The translations under genes and the position numbers were made by a program. A DNA stretch of 64,000 nucleotides from Acidobacteriota bacterium (GTDB lineage Bacteria; Acidobacteriota; UBA6911; RPQK01; JADFOI01), in assembly GCA_963663035.1 (NCBI GenBank), contig OY760074.1, positions 3,200,001 through 3,264,000 on the forward strand, read 5' to 3'. Of this stretch, positions 19,052 through 28,775 are shown one piece after another (positions within the stretch are counted from its first letter, which is position 1; each line of letters opens with the position of its first letter). The notes beneath the pieces were generated by a model. That model was not told the origin of the DNA, did not search any database, and saw nothing but the letters and a program-made list of their open reading frames with translations.

Positions 19052-19615
19052 GTGATTTCTGCCACCCAAATCCGCAAAGGAATGATTCTCATCCACAACG
19101 GGGAGCCTCACCGGGTTCTGGAGTTTCAACATCGGGCTCTCGGCAAAGGTCCCGCCTTTGTGCGCGTCCTGTTAAGAAACTTACGAACGGACGCTTCCTA
19201 CCAGCACCGGTTTAGTTCCGGAGAGACCGTGGAGCGGGCGACTCTCGAGCAGCATGAAATGGAATTTCTCTATCAGGATGGATCCCACTATTATTTCATG
19301 AATACTGAAAATTTTGAGCAGTTTCCCATCGGGGAAGATCAGTTAGGAGACTTCAAGAATTATCTCCAAGAGGGAACCAAGGCTCAGGTCGAGTTCTTTG
19401 AAGGGCAACCGATTGCTGTGGAGATGCCCACCTACGTGGAACTGAAGGTAACTGAGACAGAGCCAGAGCTCAAGGGGGCCACCGCCAGCCATTCTCCGAA
19501 GCCCGCTACCCTGGAGACGGGCGTAGTCATTCAAGTTCCTCCCTTTATCCGCCCGGGCGACAAGGTCCGTGTGGACCCCAGTCAGGGTCGCTACATGGAA
19601 CGGGTGAAGAGCTAA
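19052..19615 (+). CDS. efp: Translation elongation factor P
   Basis: GTG start VISATQIRKGM; GKG.AFVR loop; FMNTENFEQ; KPATLETG..IQVPPFI..GD. Confidence 0.93.
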   Translation: MISATQIRKGMILIHNGEPHRVLEFQHRALGKGPAFVRVLLRNLRTDASYQHRFSSGETVERATLEQHEMEFLYQDGSHYYFMNTENFEQFPIGEDQLGDFKNYLQEGTKAQVEFFEGQPIAVEMPTYVELKVTETEPELKGATASHSPKPATLETGVVIQVPPFIRPGDKVRVDPSQGRYMERVKS

Positions 19616-19646
19616 CAACTGACAACTGACACCTGACAACTGACAG
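19612..19646. repeat. CTGACAA-type heptamer array (5 units)
   Basis: CTAACAA CTGACAA CTGACAC CTGACAA CTGACAG, starting at the efp stop codon. Confidence 0.8.
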
Positions 19647-19664
19647 GCTGAGGAAGACACGAAG

Positions 19665-21347
19665 ATGCAGCGTGAACAACTCGAGGTTGACGTTCTTTTC
19701 ATCGGTGCAGGCCCAGCCAGTCTGAGCAGCGCTCTGCACTTGTCTCGGTTGGTGGCTGAGCACAATGCGGCCGTTGACTCAGGAGCAAAGTCGGGCAAAA
19801 AACTGAGCGATCTGACCCTGTTGGTGGTCGAGAAGGGTCGGGAGATTGGCTCTCACGCTTTAAGTGGAGCTGTTGTTGATCCGCGTGCCTTTGATGAGCT
19901 TCTGGAAGGATTTGAGGGCCAGGAGCCACCCTATGACTCACCTGTGGAGGAGGATGCGTTGTATCTCCTCACTCAGAACATGAACTTTCGCTCGCCGATG
20001 ACCCCACCGCCCCTGAAGAACCACGGTTATTATGTGGCTTCTCTGGGAAAACTTGTGAAGTGGATGGCTGGGTTATGCGAGAGAGCTGGTATCGATGTCT
20101 ACCCGGAATTTCCTGCAGTAGAACTACTCTATGAAGGTGATTCGGTGATCGGAGCCCGCATGGGAGACAAGGGCATAGACAAGCAAGGGAATCCAAAATC
20201 CAATTTTGAGCCTGGGATCGATGTCCTGGCGAAGCTCACTGTGCTGGGTGAAGGTCCTCGAGGAACACTGGCTCGACAGGCTGAACACCGTTTCGGCTTA
20301 AGCGAGGGACGACATCCCCAGATCTATTCCATTGGAGTTAAGGAGATCTGGCGGGCGGCCGGAGAGATCCAACCCGGAGTTGTCTACCATACCTTTGGCT
20401 TTCCTCTCTCCACTCAGGCGTTCGGTGGTGGCTTTGTTTACACCATGAACGACAATCTGATCGACCTGGGGTTTGTGGTCGGCCTGGACTACAAGAATCC
20501 CTGCCTGGATGCCCATCACCTCTTTCAACAGTTCAAGACCCATCCTTTCATCCGAGAGATGCTGGAAGGTGGCAAGGTGCTTTCCTATGGCGCCAAAGCC
20601 ATCCCTGAAGGAGGCTATTACTCGATGCCGCGTCTTTTTGCCGATGGTCTGCTCATCGTGGGTGACTCGGGCGGATTCTTGAATGCTCAGCGCTTGAAAG
20701 GGATTCATCTGGCCGTCAAATCCGGAATGCTGGCGGCAGAGACCATTCTCGAATCCTTACTTCAAGGGAACTACTCTCGAGCCGTACTGGAGAGCTACTC
20801 GGACCGCTTTCAAAGAAGCTGGGCAAAAGAGGAACTTTGGAGAGTTCGCAATTTTCGACAGGCTTTTCAAAGAGGTTTCTTCTCAGGACTGGTCCATACG
20901 GGTGTGCAATTTCTGACCAACGGCAGGGGGCTCAAGGATCCCCTTTCTACTCTGCCTGGGCACGTTAGAATGCAGCAGCTCAAGGAATTTTTCGGAGAAA
21001 CCGAGGTGGAATGCGAGAAGATGGCGTTTGATGGGCAGCTCACTTTTGACAAGCTGACGGATGTTCACTATTCAAGCACTGCTCATGAGGAGGATCAACC
21101 GTGCCACCTGAAAATCTTAGATTTTGACATCTGTCACAATCGGTGCAGGGTCGAGTACGGGAATCCCTGTCAGCATTTCTGCCCCGCTCACGTGTACGAA
21201 ATGGTGGAGCAGGACAACCAATCCCGCCTGCAGGTCAACTTCAGCAACTGCGTCCACTGCAAGACTTGCGACATCATGGACCCCTATCAGATCATTGCCT
21301 GGACTCCACCCGAGGGTGGAGGAGGCCCGGACTACAAAAATATGTGA
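19665..21347 (+). CDS. Electron transfer flavoprotein-quinone oxidoreductase
   Basis: IGAGPA FAD motif, EKG.EIGSH.LSGA, GAKAIPEGG, KGIHLAVKSG, and a C-terminal 4Fe-4S domain (CPAHVYE, NCVHCKTCDI). Confidence 0.93.
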   Translation: MQREQLEVDVLFIGAGPASLSSALHLSRLVAEHNAAVDSGAKSGKKLSDLTLLVVEKGREIGSHALSGAVVDPRAFDELLEGFEGQEPPYDSPVEEDALYLLTQNMNFRSPMTPPPLKNHGYYVASLGKLVKWMAGLCERAGIDVYPEFPAVELLYEGDSVIGARMGDKGIDKQGNPKSNFEPGIDVLAKLTVLGEGPRGTLARQAEHRFGLSEGRHPQIYSIGVKEIWRAAGEIQPGVVYHTFGFPLSTQAFGGGFVYTMNDNLIDLGFVVGLDYKNPCLDAHHLFQQFKTHPFIREMLEGGKVLSYGAKAIPEGGYYSMPRLFADGLLIVGDSGGFLNAQRLKGIHLAVKSGMLAAETILESLLQGNYSRAVLESYSDRFQRSWAKEELWRVRNFRQAFQRGFFSGLVHTGVQFLTNGRGLKDPLSTLPGHVRMQQLKEFFGETEVECEKMAFDGQLTFDKLTDVHYSSTAHEEDQPCHLKILDFDICHNRCRVEYGNPCQHFCPAHVYEMVEQDNQSRLQVNFSNCVHCKTCDIMDPYQIIAWTPPEGGGGPDYKNM

Positions 21348-21363
21348 CTGTCAGCGGTTCAGC

Positions 21364-21440
21364 GGCCCGCAGGCTAAAGCCTGCGGCTCTGACGGAGCTG
21401 ACGAGACTCAGACAGAGCCGTGGGCTTCAGCCCACGGGCC
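21364..21440. repeat. Inverted pair of REP-like hairpins
   Basis: CCGCAGGC-TAAA-GCCTGCGG-CTCTG and CAGAG-CCGTGGGC-TTCA-GCCCACGG between convergent genes. The same two hairpin units occur inside MITE copies 4-6. Confidence 0.8.
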
Positions 21441-23120
21441 AGTTGTCAGCGGTCAGCGGTTCCCTTTTATCTTTAAATACCCGCAAGATGGCTTCCACAG
21501 CCAACCACAGTGAGAGCAGGAAGATCCCTCCGCCTAAGACCAGTAACAGATGGGTTCCGTCATTCCAGAAGTCTCGCATTTTGATCACCATGGCCGGCAG
21601 GGTCGTGATCAGCATGAACACCATGGGTACACCTGTGTACCAGTAGGGTCGGCCTCGCTGCATGAGATAGAGGGTGACGGCCAGAAGAGTAAGGCCGCCC
21701 AGGATCTGGTTGGTTGTGCCGAAAAGCTGCCACAAAGCCAGGCCGGCAGCCTGTCCATTCACTTCGTAGAAGGCGAAAAATCCGATCACGAGCACGGCCA
21801 ACAGAGAGGAAATCGGTCGATAGCCGAGGAATGGGAGCCGGAGGGTTTCGCTCATTTCCGAGATGTTAAAGCGTAAAAGTCGCGTTGCTGAATCGAGGGT
21901 GGTCAAGGCAAACGAGATGGCGATCAGTGCTACAAATGCCCTTCCCAGATCGAGGGAAAGGCCCAACTGACTGATGAAAAGTGCAGAGCCTTCCACAAAG
22001 GCTTCCATGTTCGGTCCCAAACCTGAAGCCAGTTCCCAGGAATGATAGTGCTCCATCCACAGGTCTCGGGTGAGAAAGCCGGCCGTACAGGCCAGAACTG
22101 AGGCCAGGCCAAGCAACGATTCTCCAATCATACCGCCGTAGCCGATGAAGGTGGCATGACTTTCGTTGTCAATCTGTTTTGCCGTGGTTCCCGAGGAGAC
22201 CAGGCCGTGGAACCCGGAAATGGCTCCGCAGGCAATGACGATGAAGACAAAGGGGAAAAGAGGCGGTGCACCTTCAGGATGGGTTTGTATCGCGGGAGCT
22301 GCGAATTCGGGCCGCAACACAAAAAAACCGGCAAAAATAGAGATCAGTCCCAGGTACAGCAGTAGAGAGTTAATGTAATCGCGAGGCTGCAAAAGGAGCC
22401 AAACAGGCAGCACCGAGGCTACGAAGCTGTAGGCGAGCAGCAGAATGCTCCACCAGGCAAGGCTGAGATCCATGGTGGGCAGGCGAAGTCCTGCCCAGAC
22501 ACTGAACAGGGTAATGGTAAAGGCCACAAGTGTGACCCGCCAGATCGAAATATTCTTCTTGTAAACCAGCCAGCCGACTACTATGGCAACCACCATCAGC
22601 GTTCCACTTGGATAGACGGCTTCCGGGTGATAGTCGCTGCTCAAAAGGGTGGCGCAAACGTGTACGAAGACACCCATGGCCAGAGCAATCAAGAAGAAGA
22701 TGATGAGGTGAAAGAGAGTCTTGGCTCTTGTACCCACGATGGATTCAGCAACCTTGCCGACCGACACTCCGCGGGCCCGCATAGAAATGACGAGAGCTCC
22801 AAAGTCATGGACAGCTCCGATGAAAAGTGTTCCGAAAACGAACATGGCTGGAACCCAGCCCCAGATGACTGCAATGGCCGGTCCCAGCATGGGGGAGAGC
22901 CCAGCAATGGAGGCAAAGTGATGTCCGAACCCAGCCCCAGAAGCAAAGTGAGGACGTATTTATTGGTGGGGAGGTAATCTATGCCATCCTGAAGCTCATG
23001 AGCAGGGGTAGCCGCTTGAGAATCCAATTGAAAAACACGCCGCGCTAAGAATTTGGCATAAATGCGGTAACCGGCCAGATAGAGGGCGAAGCAGATAAGA
23101 GTGGCCAGAACGGGAGTCAT
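21427..23120 (-). pseudogene. cstA: Carbon starvation protein A (peptide/pyruvate transporter), frameshifted
   Basis: The 5' ORF gives TPAHELQDGIDYLPTNKYVL. After a 20-bp insertion (22930-22949) the frame resumes FGHHFASIAG...GAVHDF, IACGAISGFH, TTLDSATRL. Confidence 0.8.
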
Positions 23121-23133
23121 AGAACCAAGAGTG

Positions 23134-23775
23134 CTACTGACGTGCAAAAAGGTATTCTTTGAAGCCGTTTCTCAGCAGGAAGGAATTACGCACGTGGAAA
23201 CTGGGCATCAATTCATTCAGATCGGTTTGTTGGTAGCTGGGGCACTGGCGCAAGACAGAGGAGTTCGACTGGTAAAGTAGGCGCTTCTGATCCAGGATTT
23301 TGAAAGTCGTCGGTTTATCGGGGATGTATTTTGAGGTGGAGATGAGAGCAAACAACAATGTTCCCTTGTGGCAGAAATGACCCAGGTGACGAATGAGAGC
23401 TCGAAACTCATCACGCTCCAGATAGTTGAAGATGTCCCAACCCAGGATGATGTCGAAACGAGTCTTTCTCCTATAGGGCAAGAGATACTCAAAAACCGCT
23501 TGGTAGGAGACTCCGTCCTCCGGGGAGAGATAATCAAAGGAGGTAAGGGTTCGGTAAAAATCTTCAATGTAAACTTTGCAGGAGAACTGCGAAAAGAAGT
23601 CAACATTTCCTCCCAGGGCCGGGCCCAGGTCAAGGATATGATATTTTCGCTGGGAACGCAGCTGATCGTAGAGGACGTTGAGTGCAAGAGAAGCACTGGC
23701 TTCAGGCTCGGCAGGAGTCTCCTGAATGGGCTCCGCTTTCGACTTTAAGCTCAACGCAGAGAACAATTGCTTCAT
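23134..23775 (-). CDS. Class I SAM-dependent methyltransferase-like protein
   Basis: ILDLGPA motif I and FDIILGWDIFNYL. Overlaps the bactofilin stop codon (ATGA). Confidence 0.6.
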   Translation of the reverse strand: MKQLFSALSLKSKAEPIQETPAEPEASASLALNVLYDQLRSQRKYHILDLGPALGGNVDFFSQFSCKVYIEDFYRTLTSFDYLSPEDGVSYQAVFEYLLPYRRKTRFDIILGWDIFNYLERDEFRALIRHLGHFCHKGTLLFALISTSKYIPDKPTTFKILDQKRLLYQSNSSVLRQCPSYQQTDLNELMPSFHVRNSFLLRNGFKEYLFARQ

Positions 23776-24326
23776 GCTCTGGGTGTATCGGCCTTGATAC
23801 TGACAGGGCCTTCCTTACTCTTCGGGGTGGCTTTTTCGGGTTCCTCGGTTGGAGCAGGACCAGGCTTTACCGGTGGATGTTTTGAGGTTGGACTATCGGG
23901 AGCCTTTTGCAATTTGGATTCCTTTCCTCCACCCTTGGAATCCATGTCGATGCTTCCTTTAAATTTCGCACCGTCCTCCAGGTTGACCCGTGGCGCCGTC
24001 ATATTTCCGCGAACCAGCCCGGACGCCCGGACAATGATCTTCTCCTCTCCGTAGATATCGCCTTCCACTTCGCCCTCGATGGAGATGATTTTCCCGTAGA
24101 TATTCGCTTTGACGCTACCTGTCCTGCCCACGGTAACGTTGTTCTTCTTCAAGTCTACCTTACCCTCGACTTGGCCTTGGATCATCAAATCCTCTTCTCC
24201 AGTCAGTTCACCTTTGACGATAAGGGAAGGACCGACCAAGGCCTTCTCTTTCAATTGGTCAATCGGGCTCTTTGCGAAACTGGGGGACTTGAAATCAGGA
24301 CTTTCTTCTTCCGGCTTTTTCCACAT
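23772..24326 (-). CDS. Bactofilin (polymer-forming cytoskeletal protein)
   Basis: VKGELTGEEDLMIQGQVEGKV...IEGEVEGDI...VRGNMTAPRVNLEDGAKFKGSIDM, followed by a Pro/Lys-rich tail. Confidence 0.92.
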   Translation of the reverse strand: MWKKPEEESPDFKSPSFAKSPIDQLKEKALVGPSLIVKGELTGEEDLMIQGQVEGKVDLKKNNVTVGRTGSVKANIYGKIISIEGEVEGDIYGEEKIIVRASGLVRGNMTAPRVNLEDGAKFKGSIDMDSKGGGKESKLQKAPDSPTSKHPPVKPGPAPTEEPEKATPKSKEGPVSIKADTPRA

Positions 24327-24398
24327 AGTGAAACGTTCCTTGACGTACTACTTGTTTTTATAATTAAAGACTCTCGAAGTCAAGCCGGCTGGATCGAA

Positions 24399-26174
24399 TC
24401 AGAAGGGCCAAAAGAGGGGAATCAAGACAGAGGCGAGAATCCAAAAAAGGAGATTCAAGGGAGCACCCACCTTTAGAAAATCAGTGAATTTATATCCTCC
24501 TGGGCCGAAGATAAAGAGATTCGTCTGATATCCGATCGGTGTCATAAAACTGGCAGAAGCTGCGAATAAGACAGCCATGACGAAGGGCTGGGGACTCACC
24601 TGCAAATGCTGAGCCGTGGAGATGCTGATGGGAATCATGAGAATGGCTGTCGCGTTGTTAGTCATAACAGAAGTGAGAGTCGAGGTCAGTAGATACACTC
24701 CCGACAGAACCGCCACTGGTCCCCACACATCAAGTTCCGCTACCAATGTCGTGGCAACAAGATTGGCCAAGCCCGTGTTTTCCATTGCCGATCCCAGTGG
24801 AATCAAGCAGGCCAACATCACGATTGTTTGCCAGGAGAGGTGGCTGTAAAGGTCTTGAAGTCGCAAACAACCCGTCAATAGCATCAGCCCTGTACCGATC
24901 ATCGCCGCTTCTACGATGGACAGGAGATTAAAGGACACTAGCAAGATGATTCCCAAGAAAATACCGGCGCCGTAAAAGAGCTTGTCTTTGCGTAGAAAGC
25001 TCCGGCGCACTTCTTCCAGGACCAGAAAGTCGGGAGATTGTCTTAAGACTTTCAGTTGTTCTCGGCTGGTCAGGATCAGGAGGGAGTCTCCGTGCTCTAA
25101 CCTGATCGTTCCAATCTTTTGCCGGATAGTGCGGCCGTGGCTGCGTATCGCCAGCGTGTTGGCTTTGAAGGTCTGGCGGAAATTGACTTCTTTCACCGTA
25201 CTGTCCACTAAGCGAGAGGTTGGAGAGATAAAGGCCTCGACCAGTACAATGTTTTCGTCCTCCAGATCCTGATCCTGAACGGTCAAGGCCTTGATGGTGA
25301 CCCCGTGTGAGTCCTGGATTTGCAGGAGCGCCTGGGGAGGACCTTGGACGAGCAGGATGTCACTGTCCTGCAGTTTGGTTTCCACGGCTGAAGGGAGTAA
25401 TCTCTTTTTGTCTCTTAAAATCTCGATCACCTCCAACCCATACTTTTCCCGAAAGTTGGTCTCGGCGATCGATTGCCCGATCAAGGGGGAGTCATCCCGG
25501 AGGATGAGTTCAGTGACGAAGTGACGTAAACGGTATTCCTCGGTGAGGCTATCCGAAGTTCGTCGTGATGGAACAAGATGCCTGCCCAAGACAAGAAGAT
25601 AGAAGGTTCCTGCTGCGAAAAAGATCAGTCCCACCAGCGTGAACTCAAACATTCCAATGGACCAGTTCAAGTGTTCCACGGCCAGGGAGTAAACAAGGAG
25701 ATTGGTGGAAGACCCAATCAAGGTGCAGGTCCCGGCAAACATGGCGGCAAACGACATAGGCATCAGAAGTTTGCTGGGATCCATATCGTGTTCACGTGCA
25801 ACTGTCATAGTCAGGGGAAGAAAGAGAGCCACTGCAGCGGTATTGTTGATGAACGCCGATAGCAGACCAACTGCTACGATAATGGAAACAAGAAGCCTAA
25901 ACTCACTCTCCTTTGCCAGATCCACGAATTTGTTGGCCAGGTAGTTCAATGCTCCCGTGGTTTGAATCCCATAGCTCAGTGCCAGCATACAGGCAACTGT
26001 CACCGTTGCAGGATTGCCAAAACCCGCAAGGGCCTGCTCTGGGGAAATGAGACGAAACACCACCAGAGTACTGAGAACAAGTACGCTCACTTTGTCCACA
26101 GGAAACACCTCCAGTGCAAACAAGAGCACGGCGCCAACCAGAATTGCACTGAGCAGGAGCATGTCTACTGTCAT
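24399..26174 (-). CDS. SLC13/CitMHS-family permease with TrkA-C domains
   Basis: SAFINNTA, GTCTLIGSSTNL, central soluble TrkA-C-like region, SFMTPIGYQTN, GGYKFTDF. Confidence 0.9.
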   Translation of the reverse strand: MTVDMLLLSAILVGAVLLFALEVFPVDKVSVLVLSTLVVFRLISPEQALAGFGNPATVTVACMLALSYGIQTTGALNYLANKFVDLAKESEFRLLVSIIVAVGLLSAFINNTAAVALFLPLTMTVAREHDMDPSKLLMPMSFAAMFAGTCTLIGSSTNLLVYSLAVEHLNWSIGMFEFTLVGLIFFAAGTFYLLVLGRHLVPSRRTSDSLTEEYRLRHFVTELILRDDSPLIGQSIAETNFREKYGLEVIEILRDKKRLLPSAVETKLQDSDILLVQGPPQALLQIQDSHGVTIKALTVQDQDLEDENIVLVEAFISPTSRLVDSTVKEVNFRQTFKANTLAIRSHGRTIRQKIGTIRLEHGDSLLILTSREQLKVLRQSPDFLVLEEVRRSFLRKDKLFYGAGIFLGIILLVSFNLLSIVEAAMIGTGLMLLTGCLRLQDLYSHLSWQTIVMLACLIPLGSAMENTGLANLVATTLVAELDVWGPVAVLSGVYLLTSTLTSVMTNNATAILMIPISISTAQHLQVSPQPFVMAVLFAASASFMTPIGYQTNLFIFGPGGYKFTDFLKVGAPLNLLFWILASVLIPLFWPF

Positions 26175-27028
26175 GTCAGCTTTGCCTCTTTTCCCATCCG
26201 CTCCTCTACCAGGAAAGAAAGGACGACATCATTCCAACCCCTGGGTCCGGGAGCATGAGCTCGTTGAGCAGCAGGAAGCTCATCGGACAAGGGAGCCATG
26301 CTGTGCGGGTTGGGGATGATGACGGGAATGTGAACCTCTCGCAGCATGCTCAAGTCATTGTGGCTGTCCCCTAAACCAATGGATTGAACCGGACCCCCAT
26401 GATTGAGTTGATATAACTCGAGAAGCTGGGCCACAGCTTCACCCTTCTCACCATCTTCGCTCAGGTGAAAGAACCTTCCTCCTTGGGTTAATCGCAGGCC
26501 GAACCGCTGAACTTCCTCTTCCAGCTGCTTTCGACTGTAATGCTGACTCAAAATTCGAAAGGGCAGGTCAAACTCTCGCTGGAGTGAACGTGCAGCTTGA
26601 GGCAGAGAAAGTCCAGATCTCTCAGCGAGCTCTGAGGCCGTCATTTGCAGAAAGCTCTCCACCACCAATCCATTCTCATCGCTGATGCGGGCAAGAGCCT
26701 CTTGGAGCTCAGCACAGGGCCTTCCCAGGGAGATGACTAAGAAGTGATCAACCTGGCTGGTCTCGAAGGGAATGGTGGAGAAGTAGCTGTTCGGTATATA
26801 GATCCCTCCGCCATTTTCCACGATGAAAGGATCTTCGTTCTCTATTTCTGCTCGAAATGGAAGCACTTCAGCAGCTGTCCTGCTGGTGCAAACCACCAGG
26901 GGAATGTTCTTCTCCTTCAACTGGGCCAGGGCTGGCCGGGCAGGTGAATAGTCGTAGGTCTGGTGGTCTAGCAGGGTCCCATCCAGGTCAGTGAAAACGA
27001 TCTTCAACATCGGAGACGTCGACTTCAT
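26171..27028 (-). CDS. HAD-IIB hydrolase, mannosyl-3-phosphoglycerate phosphatase family
   Basis: FTDLDGTLL, TSRT, IVENGG, QGGRFFH, GLGDSHNDLSML, GPRGW. Confidence 0.88.
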   Translation of the reverse strand: MKSTSPMLKIVFTDLDGTLLDHQTYDYSPARPALAQLKEKNIPLVVCTSRTAAEVLPFRAEIENEDPFIVENGGGIYIPNSYFSTIPFETSQVDHFLVISLGRPCAELQEALARISDENGLVVESFLQMTASELAERSGLSLPQAARSLQREFDLPFRILSQHYSRKQLEEEVQRFGLRLTQGGRFFHLSEDGEKGEAVAQLLELYQLNHGGPVQSIGLGDSHNDLSMLREVHIPVIIPNPHSMAPLSDELPAAQRAHAPGPRGWNDVVLSFLVEERMGKEAKLT

Positions 27029-27711
27029 TGATGAAGAGTGCGAACTTCTTTATAGGGCAGGGGATCGCGAAGTCCCGCTTCCTGGAAAGCGCGAAGGCGC
27101 AAGAGACAGCTGTCACACTCACCACAAGCAGTTTCGTTTCCCTGATAGCAGGACCAGGTGAGGTGAAACGGGACTTTCAATTCGATTCCTTTCTCAATGA
27201 TTGCTTTCTTGCGTAAATGGATGAGGGGAGTGATAATTTCAATCGAGGTGTGAGGCCTTGTTCCTTCTTCAATGACTGCGTTGAAGGCTTTGAAAAAAGA
27301 TTCACGACAGTCGGGATACCCTGAACTATCCTCCTGGACTGCTCCAATATAGATAAACTGCGCCTCCAGAACTTCTGCCCAACTTGTGGCAATGGAGAGC
27401 AGATTTGCGTTGCGAAAGGGAACATAGGAGACAGGTATCCCTTCTCGATCCAGTTCGCCCTGGGGCAGGGCGATGGTGCTATCGGTCAAGGCGGAACCTC
27501 CGATGTTGCTCAGATGCTTTATGTCTGCCACCAACCGCTCCGAGATCTGGTAGTGATCAGCTATCTGGTTGAAGGCTTCCACTTCTCGAGATGCTGTAAG
27601 CTGGCCATAGGTGATGTGCAGAAAGGCGACATGCAATCCCCGGGAGTGAGCGACAGCAGCAGTTACACAACTATCCAAGCCGCCACTGACCATACAGACT
27701 GCTTTGGACAT
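27025..27711 (-). CDS. queC: 7-cyano-7-deazaguanine synthase
   Basis: SGGLDS, YGQ, YVPFRN, GYPDCR, TWSCY...CGECDSC. Start placed at ATG 27711 because the ORF-track extension reads through a MITE. Confidence 0.95.
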   Translation of the reverse strand: MSKAVCMVSGGLDSCVTAAVAHSRGLHVAFLHITYGQLTASREVEAFNQIADHYQISERLVADIKHLSNIGGSALTDSTIALPQGELDREGIPVSYVPFRNANLLSIATSWAEVLEAQFIYIGAVQEDSSGYPDCRESFFKAFNAVIEEGTRPHTSIEIITPLIHLRKKAIIEKGIELKVPFHLTWSCYQGNETACGECDSCLLRLRAFQEAGLRDPLPYKEVRTLHQ

Positions 27712-27755
27712 TGCCCCCGATGATAGCATGGGGCAGTAAACCACGGATATCTTAG

Positions 27756-27914
27756 TGCTCCCTTTCATAAATACGGTAGCGTTTGTTGGGGCGGGACGGA
27801 GCCCAGATCGAGGCGCGACGACGAGTCGATGTCTCTGCATCGCCTCCTCCTCCCTTCGCGACCTCGCCTCGCAAGCCCCGTCCGCAAACGTTACCGTATT
27901 TATGGAAGTGATCA
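27756..27914. mobile_element. MITE family B, copy 1
   Basis: TIRs TGCTCCCTTTCATAAATACGG / CCGTATTTATGGAAGTGATCA; homologous to 61188-61348. Confidence 0.8.
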
Positions 27915-27948
27915 CTCCATTCAGGTCTTTTGGTAGAATATCCCCCTT

Positions 27949-28407
27949 ATGGAGAGCGAGGAGAGAAGGCTGCGTACCCTAACACGCGACTTCTTCCAAA
28001 CTTTTCCGGACTATCAGTTTTGCAGGACGCTGGCATGGAACATCATCAATGATGTCACCACCTATGAAAGTGCCACCGAGATTCTGGCGAAGAAGGCGCG
28101 GGCCGCTGAGCTAAACCGAGAGCAGATTGACGAGAAACTGGATCACTTCAGCGTCACTATCCATGGGAAACTGGGTCGAATTAAAGATCTCTCACTCCGA
28201 GAAATCGTCCAGCAGGAGGATTCATCGCTAAAAGAGATTGCAGACTTTTACTTCAAACATCCCTACGCTCATGGCCGAACGAAAAAGAGTCGTCTCCTTC
28301 CGCGCTATATTCGCACTCTCTTTCTGAGCGTCCTTGTGGGTCACGCTAAGCATCGTGGGTTAGATCTTGACTACGATGCCTGTTTTGGAATGATCAGGCT
28401 GCTCTAG
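27949..28407 (+). CDS. Hypothetical soluble protein (152 aa)
   Basis: Clean ORF filling the gap, with TG-n-TAGAAT -10 upstream. No family recognised. Confidence 0.65.
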   Translation: MESEERRLRTLTRDFFQTFPDYQFCRTLAWNIINDVTTYESATEILAKKARAAELNREQIDEKLDHFSVTIHGKLGRIKDLSLREIVQQEDSSLKEIADFYFKHPYAHGRTKKSRLLPRYIRTLFLSVLVGHAKHRGLDLDYDACFGMIRLL

Positions 28408-28775
28408 TGCCTCGTCAAATCAAAAAGTCCACCATCATCAGCCTTGTCCTCTTGCTCCTGATCTTTGTAGGTGCGCTGTTGCTGCTGGGTTACTATGAAT
28501 TGGATCTGGTTCACGCTGTTGTGGTCAATGCGGTCATCCAGAAGGCACCCCAGGGATATTCTGAGGAGAGGATAGAAGAGACTTTTGCCGCTGCTCGGCG
28601 AAAAGCCGTCCTGGAAAATCGGAGGGAGGCGTACTTGGAGCTGTTGTTCCTCTTGTCCCAGCAACTGGAGAAGCTCCAGCTGCTGAGTGTGGATGAGCTG
28701 GAGCAGTTGCTCGAGAAAGTAGGAGACAGGAGTCAGGAGGTAGGAGACAGGAGTCAGGAGTCAGGAGTCAGGTGA
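28407..28775 (+). CDS. Hypothetical membrane-anchored helical protein
   Basis: N-terminal TM helix; coupled to the upstream stop codon. The C-terminus is encoded by the heptamer array. Confidence 0.6.
   Translation: MPRQIKKSTIISLVLLLLIFVGALLLLGYYELDLVHAVVVNAVIQKAPQGYSEERIEETFAAARRKAVLENRREAYLELLFLLSQQLEKLQLLSVDELEQLLEKVGDRSQEVGDRSQESGVR

Noticed and set aside
27712-27915. Long N-terminal extensions in the ORF track (queC; also dnaE2, folC, hslV, SDR, TAXI and the 35243 TPR gene)
   Set aside because: The extensions run through MITEs, repeats or neighbouring genes; family homology and SD or -10 positions support the shorter starts.
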